A stretch of 64,000 nucleotides of DNA from an uncultured Bacillota bacterium (GTDB lineage: Bacteria; Bacillota; DTU025; MWDF01): NCBI GenBank assembly GCA_963823655.1, contig CAWGMK010000010.1, forward strand, positions 64,001 to 128,000, written 5' to 3'. The notes under the pieces were generated by a model. It did no database searches. It was not told the DNA's origin and saw only the letters and a program-made list of their open reading frames with translations. Within the stretch, counting starts at the first letter, position 1, and every line of letters begins with the position of its first letter. Made by a program: the position numbers and the translations under genes. Below are positions 22,706 to 34,300 of the stretch, one piece after another.

Positions 22706-23743
22706 CTAGATGCGCAGCGCGCCGGCGCGGGTGACGATGGCGGCATCGCGGCCCAGGAGCGCCGCGGGCGGCAGCTCCACGCTCGGCGCGACGCCCGAAT
22801 CGAGCCGGTCGGCCTCCTCGATGAAGAGCGGCACGAGGCCCGGGTCGAACTGCTGGCCGGCGTGCTTGCGCAGCTCGTCGAAGGCCTCGTCCACGGAGCG
22901 GGCGGCGCGGTAGGGGCGGCCGCGCACGATGGCGTCGAAGGCGTCGGCGAGGGCCACGATGCGGGCACCCAGGGGGATCTGCTCGCCCTTCAGGCCATCC
23001 GGGTAGCCGCTGCCGTCCCAGCGCTCGTGGTGGTGGCGGATGATGGGCGTGAAGTCGCGCGACATGCGCAGCGGGTCGCAGATGCGCTCCCCGATCTCGG
23101 GGTGCTCGCGCATGATGCGGAACTCCTCGTCCGTGAGCGGGCCTGGCTTGTGGAGGACGTGCTCCGCGATGCCGATCTTGCCGATGTCGTGGAGCAGCGC
23201 GCCGTAGGCGACGCCCTCCAGCTCGCCGTCGCGCAGGCCGACGTAGGCGGCCAGGCGGGCCGAGCGGTAGGCCAGGTAGCGGCAGTGGTCCTTGAGCCCG
23301 AGGTCCTTGGCCTCGACCGCGTTGGCCAGGGCGACCACGATGTCGTGGGCCTGCTCCATGCGCCGGATGACCTCGCGCGTCCGATACGAGCTGCGCAGGC
23401 GAGCCAGGAGCTCGACCTGCTGGAAGGGCTTGGTGACGAAGTCGTCGGCGCCCGCGTCCAGGGCGGCCACCATGTCCGAGGTGGACGTGTGGGCCGTGAG
23501 CACGATGATGGGCAGCGTCACGGTGCGGTGGTCGGCCCGCAGCCGCCGGCAGATCTCCAGCCCGTCCATGCCAGGCAGGGTGAGGTCCAGGATGACCATG
23601 TCCGGCTGGTGCTCGGCCACGGCGCGCAGCCCGTTGACGCCATCCGCCACGGCGATGACGCTGTAGCCGGCGTCCTCCAGGATGCGGCCCAGGACACGCC
23701 TGACGGCCGCGTCATCCTCGATGACTGCCACGCGGGGACGCAC
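22706..23743 (-). CDS. Response regulator with HD-GYP cyclic-di-GMP phosphodiesterase domain (RpfG-like)
   Basis: VIEDD..ILDLTLPGMDG..GADDFVTKPF; LLHDIGKIG; HHERWDGSGYPDGL..ADAFDA..RPYR. Confidence 0.95.
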   Translation of the reverse strand: MRPRVAVIEDDAAVRRVLGRILEDAGYSVIAVADGVNGLRAVAEHQPDMVILDLTLPGMDGLEICRRLRADHRTVTLPIIVLTAHTSTSDMVAALDAGADDFVTKPFQQVELLARLRSSYRTREVIRRMEQAHDIVVALANAVEAKDLGLKDHCRYLAYRSARLAAYVGLRDGELEGVAYGALLHDIGKIGIAEHVLHKPGPLTDEEFRIMREHPEIGERICDPLRMSRDFTPIIRHHHERWDGSGYPDGLKGEQIPLGARIVALADAFDAIVRGRPYRAARSVDEAFDELRKHAGQQFDPGLVPLFIEEADRLDSGVAPSVELPPAALLGRDAAIVTRAGALRI

Positions 23744-23951
23744 CGTGCCCCGGTGGGCGGTGTGGTCCAAGAGTCTCCCTCCACAGCGCCACGACGACTT
23801 GACGCGGGTCGGGCTGGAGTATACCCGCCGGTGCGTTCTGTCACCGGCTTCAGGCGCGGTGTCATCGGCTGTCCCGATGGCCGCGGTCGCCTCGGCACGG
23901 GTGGTGACGCGACGCACGGGCCTTCTGCGATCAGGTGGTAGCGTGACGACC

Positions 23952-24850
23952 ATGAGCGGTCGCGATCTCGGTCGTGCGTTCCGGGCGCACCCGCTGGCGG
24001 TCGCGGCGAGGCTGGCCATGGCGCTGTGCATGGCGCTGGCGGTGCTGACCGTCGGGTCCGTGTCGCTCTGTCGCGGTGCCGGGGTCGCTGGCCGGGCGGC
24101 GCGCCAGCGGTCGCCCTGGCGCAGGGCAAGCCCCCGCTCGACGATCCGGCCGTCCCGGTGCGCATCACCGTGCCCGCCCTCGGCATCGACCTGCCGGTGG
24201 TCTCGAGCGAGCGCACCGTGCCCGGCAACGTGCGCGACTACCCGCTCTGTGACGTGGCCCAGTACTGGGACATCTACGACCTGCCCGGTGCCCCGGGCAC
24301 GACCTGGATCTACGCCCATGCCCAGCCGGGCATGTTCCTGCCGCTGCTGCTGAACGCGGAGGCCACGTCGGGCGAGGGACTGCTGGGTCAGATGGTGACG
24401 CTGCAGCTGAAGGACGGACGCCTGCTGCGCTACCGCATCGTGGAGGTCAAGCAGCACGCCTACAACCGCCGCCTCGCGCTGCGCGCCCGCCCCAGCCAGC
24501 AGCGACTCATCCTGCAGACGAGCGAGGGGCCACCGGGCACCATCCCCAAGCTGCAGGTGGCCGCCAACCTCATCGGCGCCACGTGGACGGATGAGCCAGC
24601 CGCCCAAGGCCCAGCCACGCGCCTGCTGGCAGCCACGGCCGAAGCCGACCGACCGGGCGGCAAGGCGGGGCGCACGGGCGCCGCGAAGCCGACACCGCAG
24701 CCGTCGCCCACGACCATGGCGGCCGGTGGCACCACCGACGCAGCCTCCCTCGCCCTGGGTGGCGGCGCGGTCCTCATCGGCGCCACGCTGGTAGCGATCT
24801 ACATGGTCAGACGGCCCGCTCCCGACCGACGGCAACCACCCCGCCGATAG
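23952..24850 (+). CDS. Sortase-fold protein with non-canonical active site (His / Ser / Lys); frameshifts near 24090 and 24600
   Basis: N-terminal hydrophobic helix; PVRITVPALGIDLPV; PGAPGTTWIYAHA; G..V.L..DG....YRI; LILQTSEG...PKLQVAA; C-terminal TM. Confidence 0.8.
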
Positions 24851-24898
24851 AGCGGCCTGGGAGGACAGGCGGCAGCGACGATCGCCGCGGTTCGATCG

Positions 24899-25300
24899 TT
24901 ATCGCCCACGACGTCTTCGGTGCCAGGGCTCGAGTCGATAGGTCCGAATCAGGAACTGGTCGAAGAATGGGACAGTGAAATCCGCCAAGCCCAAGGCAGG
25001 CGAGTAGATCAGGCCTTTTTCGATCAGGCTCCCCCTGACAGTGCCGACCTCAGCGCTCGAACCGAGCCCCAGCTTCGATGCGATGGCGCCCGACCGTCGG
25101 GACTCCGGGGCGAGTTCAGCCATGGCTCGCAGGTATGAGATCTCGCGAGGTTGTGTCACGCGTGCCATGCGCCCCTTGAAGAACGACTCATCGAGCTCAG
25201 CCTCAAGCAGTGGAACCGTGGCGGCAACGTCGTCGGTGCTGATCGGCGAATGGTCCGCCACGTTCCAGACCCTGCTCCCGAACTCCTGGATGATGTCCAT
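24899..25300 (-). pseudogene. C-terminal fragment of an AAA+ ATPase/winged-helix protein
   Basis: IQEFGSRVW..LDESFFKGR..YLRAMAEL..RGSLIEKGLIYSP..FTVPFFDQFL; no Walker A portion; lower GC. Confidence 0.65.
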
Positions 25301-25381
25301 CGAGGCCTCTTTGCTGTGTTCACTGGTGTTTACAACCACCGTGTAAACCAAGATGAACGCTGTCAAGGATGCTGGACAGAT

Positions 25382-25415
25382 CGACGGCCGGATCCTTCGC
25401 GGGATCCGGCCGTCG
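25382..25415 (-). terminator. GC hairpin downstream of surface protein 1
   Basis: CGACGGCCGGATCC-TTCGCG-GGATCCGGCCGTCG, perfect 14-bp stem. Confidence 0.7.
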
Positions 25416-25441
25416 CTTGTGGTGGCGGAGGTTGGCGTGGG

Positions 25442-28400
25442 CTACGTCCTGGCCAGTCGATGCCGACGGATGAGCCATGCGCCGCTGACGATCATCATGG
25501 CCGCGACGAGGACGATGAAGGCCCAGCCCGTCGGGCCCCCAAGGAATCCACCTGACGTCGACGCGGCCTCGGTCGCGAGGAGTGTGTCCGTGGACGGCTG
25601 CTTGTCGCCGTCACCTGCGCCACCGCCGCTTCCGCTCTCGTCATCGCCAGCGCCGCCATCCCGGACGGGGACGATGCGGATGAAGGCCTGGGCAGTCGCG
25701 GAGATGACCGTGACCGCTGTATCGCGGAACTCTCCAGCCAGCAGGGCCTCCTCGTCGTCAGTGACCGTGACGGTCACGGTGTTCACGTGACGGTCGCCAG
25801 CCTGCCCGGTGACGAAGGCCGTGAACTGGCATTCGTATGTCGCGCCGGCGGCGATGAGGTCGCCGACCGAGTTCGCGCACGTGTTGTTCGTGAGATCCCG
25901 ATTGCGTGGGTCATCCAGGTCGCCCAGCAGGTCGTCGCTCAGGGCCACGATGCCGAGGCTCTCGGGAACGAGGTTCTGGATGGTGATGGTGAAGGTCACG
26001 TCGCCACCCGGCTCTTCCAGCCTGGTCACGGACGGGGTCTTGGTGACCGCGATGGCAGGCACGATATCCGTGATCGTCACCGTCGCGTCGTCAGACGCGA
26101 CGGCCTGGCGACCCTCGAGCGTGGCGGCCCTGGCCGTGACCACGTCGGTCTCGACCGTCCCGCCGACCCCACCCACGAATGCGGTGAAGGCGCAGGCGTA
26201 GGTCGCTCCAGGCGCCAGTGACTGCGGCACGGCGCACGTCCCCTTGCCGTTCACGTCGCCGTGGACGTTGTCCACCAGGCTCGTGAGCGAGACGGCCACA
26301 TTGCCGGTGTTGGTGACGCTGACGGCGAAAGAGACGTCCCCGCCCGGCTCGGGGACGGAGCCCGGAGTGGCGGTCTTGGTGACGGAGATCGTGGGGGTCG
26401 AGCGGATCTTGAACGTGGCCGTGGCCGCGTTGTCAGCCGGATCCGGGTCAGTGGTCTGGCTCGAGACGGTGGCGCTGTTGGAGACGGTCGTCAGGTCGAG
26501 GTAGGTGCCGGGTACGACGGTGGCGTTGACCGTGATGGTGGCGTCGACGCCGACCGGGTGGCTGGCGATCGTGCAGGTGAGCGTGTTACCGACGATCGGC
26601 GCGCAGGTGTATGGCCCGTCATCGACGACGGTGACGCCCTGGAGCTGCGCTGGGAACGTGTCACTGAGGGTGGCGTCGGCTGCGTCGGAGGGACCGGCGT
26701 TGGAGACGCTCAGGGTGTAGGTGACGCTGCCGCCCGAGACGGTCTCGGCCGGGGTGACGCTCTTGGTGACCGAGAGGTCGGCGACCGCTCCCACCTCCAC
26801 CGACGCCGTGTCGCTGTTGGGCAGGGCGTCGGGGACCTGTGGGGTGCGCGCCGCCACCGTGGCCGTGTTGGGGATCGACCGCGCCGTCAGGGAGGCCCAC
26901 CGGCACGACCGCGGTCAAGGTGACCGTGGCCGTCGAGCCGGCCGCCATCGTGGCGGCGTCGCAGGTCAGCACGAACTGGGTGCCGGGGGGCGCCAGCGTG
27001 CAGCCGAGCGACGGCGGCGTCACCGTGCCAAGCGTGACCTGGGTGAAGACAGCCGGGAACGAGTCGGTCACCACGACCCCGCTGGCATCGCTTGGGCCCG
27101 CGTTGGTCACCGTCAGCGTGTAGGTGATCGTCTGGCCGGCGGCGACAGCCACCGGGTCCGGGTTGCCATCCTGCCCCTGCACCTGTTTGACGATGCCGAG
27201 GTCGGCCTGGGCGACCAGCGGGGTGTCGGCGCAGGCGACGTTGTTCGATGAGTCGCTGATCGCGGCTGCGGCCGTCAGCGTGGGGGCGACCTGACGGCAC
27301 GTTGGATCGGGCGGTGCTGGATCGTCGGGGTGATCGAGGACCGCGAGGTTGGGGTAGCCGGCTCCCGGGTCGGGGGCCGTGCTCGCGTCGGCACGAGCCC
27401 GCAGCACCACCGTCGCCGTGGCACCGGCGGGCAGCGCCGCCGCCGGGATGGTGCAGGTGATGGTCTGGCCACTCGGCGCGGCGCAGGTCACGCTGGCCGT
27501 CGATGCCGTCGTGTCGAGCGGCGTAGGTGCGAACGAGAAGCCGGTCGGCAAGGTGTCGGTCACGGTGGCATCGCCAACCACCCCGCTCGTGCCGAGGTTC
27601 TCAACCGTGATCGTGTACGGGAAGGCCGCTCCACCGGCCACGGCCGGTGTGGTGTCCGTGCCGTCGCGGAAGACCTTGGTCAGAGCCAGGTCGAACGTCT
27701 TCAGGTAGGCGACATCGGCGTTGTCGGTCTGGACGGGGTCGCTGGTGAGACCCGACACCGTGGCGCTGTTCGGGAACGGCGCCGTCGCAGTGACCGGGTC
27801 CGCCGCCGTAGCGGTGAACACGATCGAGCCCGCCGACCCGACCGCCAGCGTGGCGGCCCGGCAGGTGACCGGGACATCGAGCGGCTCGCCGGCCGCGGCC
27901 GTCCCGCCGCCGGCCCGGTCACAGGTCAACCCGGCCGGTGCGCTGACGAAGAGCACGGGCGTCACCAGGTCGCTGGCCAGCGGGTCGATGACGGTCACGC
28001 TCTGCGCCACCGACGGCCCGTTGTTCGTCACCCGCAGGGTGAACGTCACGGGCTGAGCGGGAATGATCCCTTCCGCCGTGGCGGGCGTCTGGGCGTCGTT
28101 CGGCGTCGTGCCGCCCGGGCCGGTCGCCAGCTTCGGTGACCGAGAGGTCGGCGGATGTGGCCACGGTGGTCGTGGTGGTCGCGCTGTCGTTGGCAGCGTT
28201 CGGATCGCTGGTCGCCGCGGAGACGGTGGCCGTGTTGCTGATGACCGTGCCGGCGGCGACACTCGCCCCGACCTGGACGATGAGCGTGAAGGTCTGGGTG
28301 GCACCGGCGGCCAGGCTGGCGATCGTGCAGGTGACGGTGCCGTTGCCCCCCACGGCGGGCGTCGTGCAGCTGAAGCCTGCGGGCGCGGTGAGCGAGACGA

Positions 28401-31069
28401 AGGTCGTGCCCGCGGGCAGGGTGTCGGTCAGGCTCACGCTCTGGGCGGCGTTGGGACCGGCGTTGGCGACGGTGATGGTGTAGGTGAGGTTCGCGCCGGC
28501 GATGACCGGGTCGGGACTGTCGGTCTTGGTGATCGAGAGGTCGGCGGAGGTGGCCACGGTGGTGGTGTCGGTGGCGGTGTTGTTGGCCGGGGTCGGGTCG
28601 GTGGTCGAGCTCGAGACGGTGGCCGTGTTGGCCTGAGGGCCCGCCGGGGTCGAGGCTGGCACCGTGTAGGTGACGACCAGCGTCGTGGTGGCACCGGCCA
28701 GGATGGGCCCGAGGGCACAGTCGAAGCTCGGACCGCCTCCGACGTCGGTGCAGGCGGCGGGCAGCGAGGTGCGCGTGAAACCGGCCGGCCAGGTGTCGGA
28801 GAGGCTCACCGCTTGGGCATTCGAAGGTCCGTTATTGATGACGGTGATGGTGTAGGTGCGCGTGGCGCCGTCACCGGCGGTCACGGTGGCGACTCCGTCG
28901 CTCTTGGTGACGGAGAGGTCGGCGGACGTGGCCACGGTATTGGTGTCGGTGGCGGTGTTGTTCGACGCGTTCGGGTCGCTGGTCGAGCTCGAGACGGTGG
29001 CCGTGTTGGCCTGAGGGCCCGCCGGGGTCGAGGCTGGCACCGTGTAGGTGACGACCAGCGTCGTGGTGGCACCGGCCAGGATGGGCCCGAGGGCACAGTC
29101 GAAGCTCGGACCGCCTCCGACGTCGGTGCAGGCCGCGGGCAGCGAGGTGCGCGTGAAACCGGCCGGCCAGGTGTCGGAGAGGCTCACGCCGGTCGCCGTG
29201 CTGGGCCCCGCGTTGCGCACCGTGATGGTGAAGGTGCGGGTCAGGCCGTCACCGGCGGTCACGGTCGTGACCCCGTCGCTCTTGGTGACCGAGAGGTCGG
29301 CGGATGTGGCCACGGTGGTCGTGGTGGTCGCGCTGTCGTTGGCAGCGTTCGGATCGCTGGTCGCCGCGGAGACGGTGGCCGTGTTGCTGATGACCGTGCC
29401 GGCGGCGACACTCGCCCCGACCTGGACGATGAGCGTGAAGGTCTGGGTGGCACCGGCGGCCAGGCTGGCGATCGTGCAGGTGACGGTGCCGTTGCCCCCC
29501 ACGGCGGGCGTCGTGCAGCTGAAGCCTGCGGGCGCGGCGAGCGAGACGAAGGTCGTGCCCGCGGGCAGGGTGTCGGTCAGGCTCACGCTCTGGGCGGCGT
29601 TGGGACCGGCGTTGGCGACGGTGATGGTGTAGGTGAGGTTCGCGCCGGCGATGACCGGGTCGGGACTGTCGGTCTTGGTGACCGAGAGGTCGGCGCGGAG
29701 CGCCGGATCCAACAGCAGGGTCACAGGCGACGCCGTGCACGACGAGCCGTTGCCCGTGCAGGTGCGTGTGTCGGAGGATTGTGGGACCGAGCTGTAACCC
29801 GGAGCTGATGCCGTCAACGTGACCGTCGCCGGACCGCGCCCGGGGTACGTGACGCTGACCGAGAAGCCCCCGGTGGCGTTGGTGCTGGTCCCCCCACCCG
29901 TATACGACACGGTGGGAGAGTTGTTGCAGCCCGTGCACGTGGCCGTGACGGTTGCGCCGGCGATGAGTGGGGTGCCTGTCGGATAGGTTGCGACCGAGCC
30001 GGTGATCGTGACATTCGATTGCGGCGTGATGATGAGGTCCTCGGCGGCCATCTTGCTGGCGCTGACAGACATGTCATCCGCCGGTCCGACCTGCGCCGTC
30101 GGCTGACCGACTGCGTCCGTGGTCGACTCCGCGGCCGCACCCATGTCAGCCGCCGGCGCTTCGTGGGGAGTCGCGTCGAACACGCTCTTGCCGGCCGTGG
30201 CACCGCCTTGTTCGCGCTGTGCGACGGCGTCACTCGCAGCCGCTGAACGTGCGGCACTGATGGTCAACTCAGCCTTGGCAGTCAACTTGTCGAGCGTGGC
30301 TACGACCTCGGTGGCGCCGATGACGGCCACGGCGGCGAGGCGCACGTCGTTGGCGTCTGGCGCTTCGAACGAGGCGACACCCTCATCCCTGACCGACCAA
30401 CGGACGTCCGTGGCTGGCGAGCATGCGTCGGACTGGCCGGGCTCCTGGTCGGACCCGGGTCCGGCGCCATCGCCGGACGTGGTGCAGAGCCAGGCCGAGA
30501 GCTTGGCCACATCACCCACGACCAGGTCGAGCTTGCGCGGCTGGGAGTCGATGACGAGCTTGCGCTCGGGCTCGGCGGGGGCGACGTCGGGCGCAGGCTC
30601 GACTGGAGCCTGCTCGGCCTTGGGCTCGGCGGCCGGCTCCCGGTCGGGCGCCGTGTCGGGCTTCTGTTCCTTATCGGCCTTCGGTCCCTGTGCCCTGGGC
30701 TCGGGCGCCGGTTCCTGCGTCGTGGGCTCGGGCGCGGCCTCCTGGGCGGGCGCAGCCTGGGGCTCGGGCTCGGACGTTGGGCGGATCGGCGGGAGCCGGT
30801 GCGGGCTCCGAAGCCTGGACCTCCGCGGCAGGGGCGGGCTCCTCGGCGGCCACCTCGGGCTCGGGTGCCGGCGATGGCTCGGCAGCGACAGGCTGGGCAG
30901 AGGCGTCCGCCTCCGCATCCTGGGCGATGACCAGCGCCGGGGTCAGCAACAGCGACGACGTCAGCAGGATGACCTGCAGGACGGCCAGCAGGGCGGCCAG
31001 GCGGTGGACGCGCGGGGACACGGAGGTGCTCGGAGCCAAATCGCTTCTCCCGTGGAAACCAGCGGTCAT
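25442..31069 (-). CDS. Giant DUF11-repeat cell-surface protein (about 1850 aa) with a C-terminal QPSTDT-TM-basic sorting signal; frameshifts
   Basis: Signal LTPALVIA|QD; repeated ADLSVTK..TYTITV.N.GP..A..V...D.LP..N.ATV domains; C-terminus QPSTDTLL..WAFIVLVAAMMIVSGAWLIRRHRLART. Confidence 0.88.
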
Positions 31070-31259
31070 CGACGCTGGTGGATGATGACAGACGGAGCGA
31101 ACCGTACCAAGAAAGCCCCGCACGGTTCGCTGCTGGCGCGAGACGATACTCGAGCCACGGCGCTTTCCGCACCGGGCCTGATAGTCCACCGGAGCCGTAG
31201 TACTTTCCCGAGCCCGCGGTCCGCGACGCCTCAGGCCCTCCACCGAGGCCCCGAAAAGC

Positions 31260-31294
31260 CGACGGCCGGGTCCCTGGTGGGAGCCCGGCCGTCG
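31260..31294 (-). terminator. GC hairpin downstream of surface protein 2
   Basis: CGACGGCCGGG...CCCGGCCGTCG stem, same outer arms as the 25382 hairpin. Confidence 0.65.
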
Positions 31295-31316
31295 GGAGTG
31301 TCGCGATGGATGCTGG

Positions 31317-34300
31317 CTAGATCTCGGAGGTGCGGACCCTCCGGATGACCCAGCCCGCGGACAGGATGACCGTGGCCGACATCAGGATCGATGAGGATCC
31401 AGTTCATCGGGCTGTCGAGCGGACCGCTCGCGGCCGACACGGTGTCGGTCGGGATGAGCGTGTCCGTGGGAGGCTGGCCACCGCCGCCACCGCCACCACC
31501 AGCACCGCCGATCCAACCGATCTCCTCATCATCCTCGGCGCAGACCCTGTCGGACTGGCTCTGGGAGGGACCGGCCACGGCACAGGCCGTGAAAGTATTG
31601 ACGTGCGGGATGGTGTCCTGCGGCGGATCGGCGACCACTTCCGGCTCGACGAAGAACGTCGCTTCGAACTGGCACGAGGCACCCGCCGGCAGCGTCACGC
31701 CGACCTGGCAGTCCGCATCACCCTGGAGGGCTCCGAAGTCGGAGTCGACGAGTGACACGATGCTGACCGGGACCTTCGACGTGTTGGTCACGGTGAAGGT
31801 GAAGGTGACGTCCTCACCCTCGATGTCGGCGATGGGCGTGTCGGCCGTCTTCACGACCGCCAGCTTGATGGCCGGGATGTCGAGGTCGTCGCAGACCTCA
31901 GGGGTCTGGTCGGAGTCGGCGCAGGCGGTGTTCAGGACATCGCCCTTGTCGAGGTCGGCCTGGGTGATGGTGTGGCTGCCGGTGCAGGTGATGCTGGCAC
32001 CGGGCGCCAGGGATGCCACCGGGACGGTCGGGCTGCAGACGAAGTTGTCGAGCTTCACCGTGAGCAGCTTGTCGGTCACGACCACATTGGTAAGCGGGTA
32101 GTTGCCGATGTTGGTGGCCTTCACGGTGTACGTGATGACGTCGCCGACCGCGTCGTACGTCTGCACGTTGGAGGTCTTGACGATGGAGAGCTCGGACTCG
32201 TAGACGCGCTCGTCATCGCAGACCGGCTTGGATGTCTGCGCGCTGATGGCGCAGGCCGTATTGGGGATGGACTTGTTGGCGTTGTCCACGTCAGCCTGGG
32301 TGACGGTATACGTCGCCTTGCAGACGATGGCCTTGCCGGGTGCCAGGCTGGCCACCGGGAGGGTGACGGCCGCACCGTCAACGGTGCAGGCCCAGCTGGC
32401 AAGTTGCGGGATGAGCGGGTCGCTGACGCCCACGTTGGTGAGCGTGGCGGCGCCGACATTGGTGGTCGTCACCGTGTAGGTGATGAGGTCACCGGCCTTC
32501 GAGTAGAACGCCGGGCTGGCCGACTTCACCACGCTGAGCTTGGCGAACAGGTTCGTGAAGGTGCACTTCACGGTCTCGCCCGCGTCGAGCTTGAAGGTTG
32601 CCTTGCGATCGACCAGGCTGCCCGAGCTTGGGTTCTGGCTCTGGCCGTCATCGCAGACGATCGAGTCGAGGACCCAGTCTGGGGTCACAGCTTCAGTCGA
32701 GGTGTACGTGCCGGGCACGAGGTTGCCGACCACGATCTGGCCGTTGTCGGCGATGGAGCCAGCAGCGTCACCGGTGAAGGTGAACGTCTGAGGGGAGTCA
32801 GCGGGGTTGGTCTGCTTCTCGACGATGATCGTGCCGCGCTGGGTGTTGGTGAAGACGCAGGTGACGGTCTCACCGGGATCGAGATCGATCTCGTCGGCGG
32901 CCTCGGTGCCCTCGATGGAGCTCGTGCAGACCGTGCTGGTCAGATCCCAGCCGGCAGGCACGGTCTCGGAGACCGAGTAGGTGCCGGGGGTCAGGAACCC
33001 GCTGTCGTGCGGGGTCGTGGCATCGGCGAGCTGGAAGTCAGCGCCCCAGCTCGGGTCGAAGGTGAAGAGCTGCGGTGAGCCGCTCGGGTCCGTGACCTTG
33101 TCGACGATGATCGTGCCGCGCTGCGTATTGGTGAAGACGCAGGTGACGGTTTCACCGGCCGCGATGACCGCCTGCACGGTCGTGTCACCGGCGTCGAAGT
33201 CGGCGTCGCCCACGAAGCCTGCGCCGGTGCCGGTGCCGATCAGATGGCGGCCCCATTGGCGGTGCAGACGATGTTGGTGAGCGTGTAGCCGGGCTTCGCC
33301 GTCTCCGTCACGTACTTGGTCCCGAGTTCGAGACCGGTGAAGGGGAACGGGGCGTTGGCCGTCGGGTTGGTGACCGAGGTGTCGCGGTTGAACGGCGAGA
33401 GGGCCGAGCCTTCGACCGTGTAGGCGAAGGTCGCGGGGGCACCCACGGTGGTCTTCTCGATGTCCAGGGAGGCGTTCTGGGTGTTGGTGAAGACGCAGGT
33501 CGGGGTGTTCCCGGCCGCGATGACCGCCTGCACGGTCGTGTCACCGGCGTCGAAGTCGGCGTCGCCCACGAAGCCTGCGCCGGTGCCGGTGCCGATCGAG
33601 ATGGCGGCCCCATTGGCGGTGCAGACGATGTTGGTGAGCGTGTAGCCGGGCTTCGCCGTCTCCGTCACGTACTTGGTCCCGAGTTCGAGACCGGTGAAGG
33701 GGAACGGGGCGTTGGCCGTCGGGTTGGTGACCGAGGTGTCGCGGTTGAACGGCGAGAGGGCCGAGCCTTCGACCGTGTAGGCGAAGGTCGCGGGGGCACC
33801 CACGGTGGTCTTCTCGATGTCCAGGGAGGCGTTCTGGGTGTTGGTGAAGACGCAGGTCGGGGTGTTCCCGGCCGCGATGACCGCCTGCACGGTCGTGTCA
33901 CCGGCGTCGAAGTCGGCGTCGCCCACGAAGCCTGCGCCGGTGCCGGTGCCGATCGAGATGGCGGCCCCATTGGCGGTGCAGACGATGTTGGTGAGCGTGT
34001 AGCCGGGCTTCGCCGTCTCCGTCACGTACTTGGTCCCGAGTTCGAGACCGGTGAAGGGGAACGGGGCGTTGGCCGTCGGGTTGGTGACCGAGGTGTCGCG
34101 GTTGAACGGCGAGAGGGCCGAGCCTTCGACCGTGTAGGCGAAGGTCGCGGGGGCACCCACGGTGGTCTTCTCGATGTCCAGGGAGGCGTTCTGGGTGTTG
34201 GTGAAGACGCAGGTCGGGGTGTTCCCGGCCGCGATGACCGCCTGCACGGTCGTGTCACCGGCGTCGAAGTCGGCGTCGCCCACGAAGCCTGCGCCGGTGC

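Noticed and set aside
31070-31230. Possible c-di-GMP riboswitch upstream of surface protein 1 (hairpin AGCGAACCGT..ACGGTTCGCT)
   Set aside because: A hairpin is present, but I could not match the GEMM consensus by eye; needs an Infernal scan
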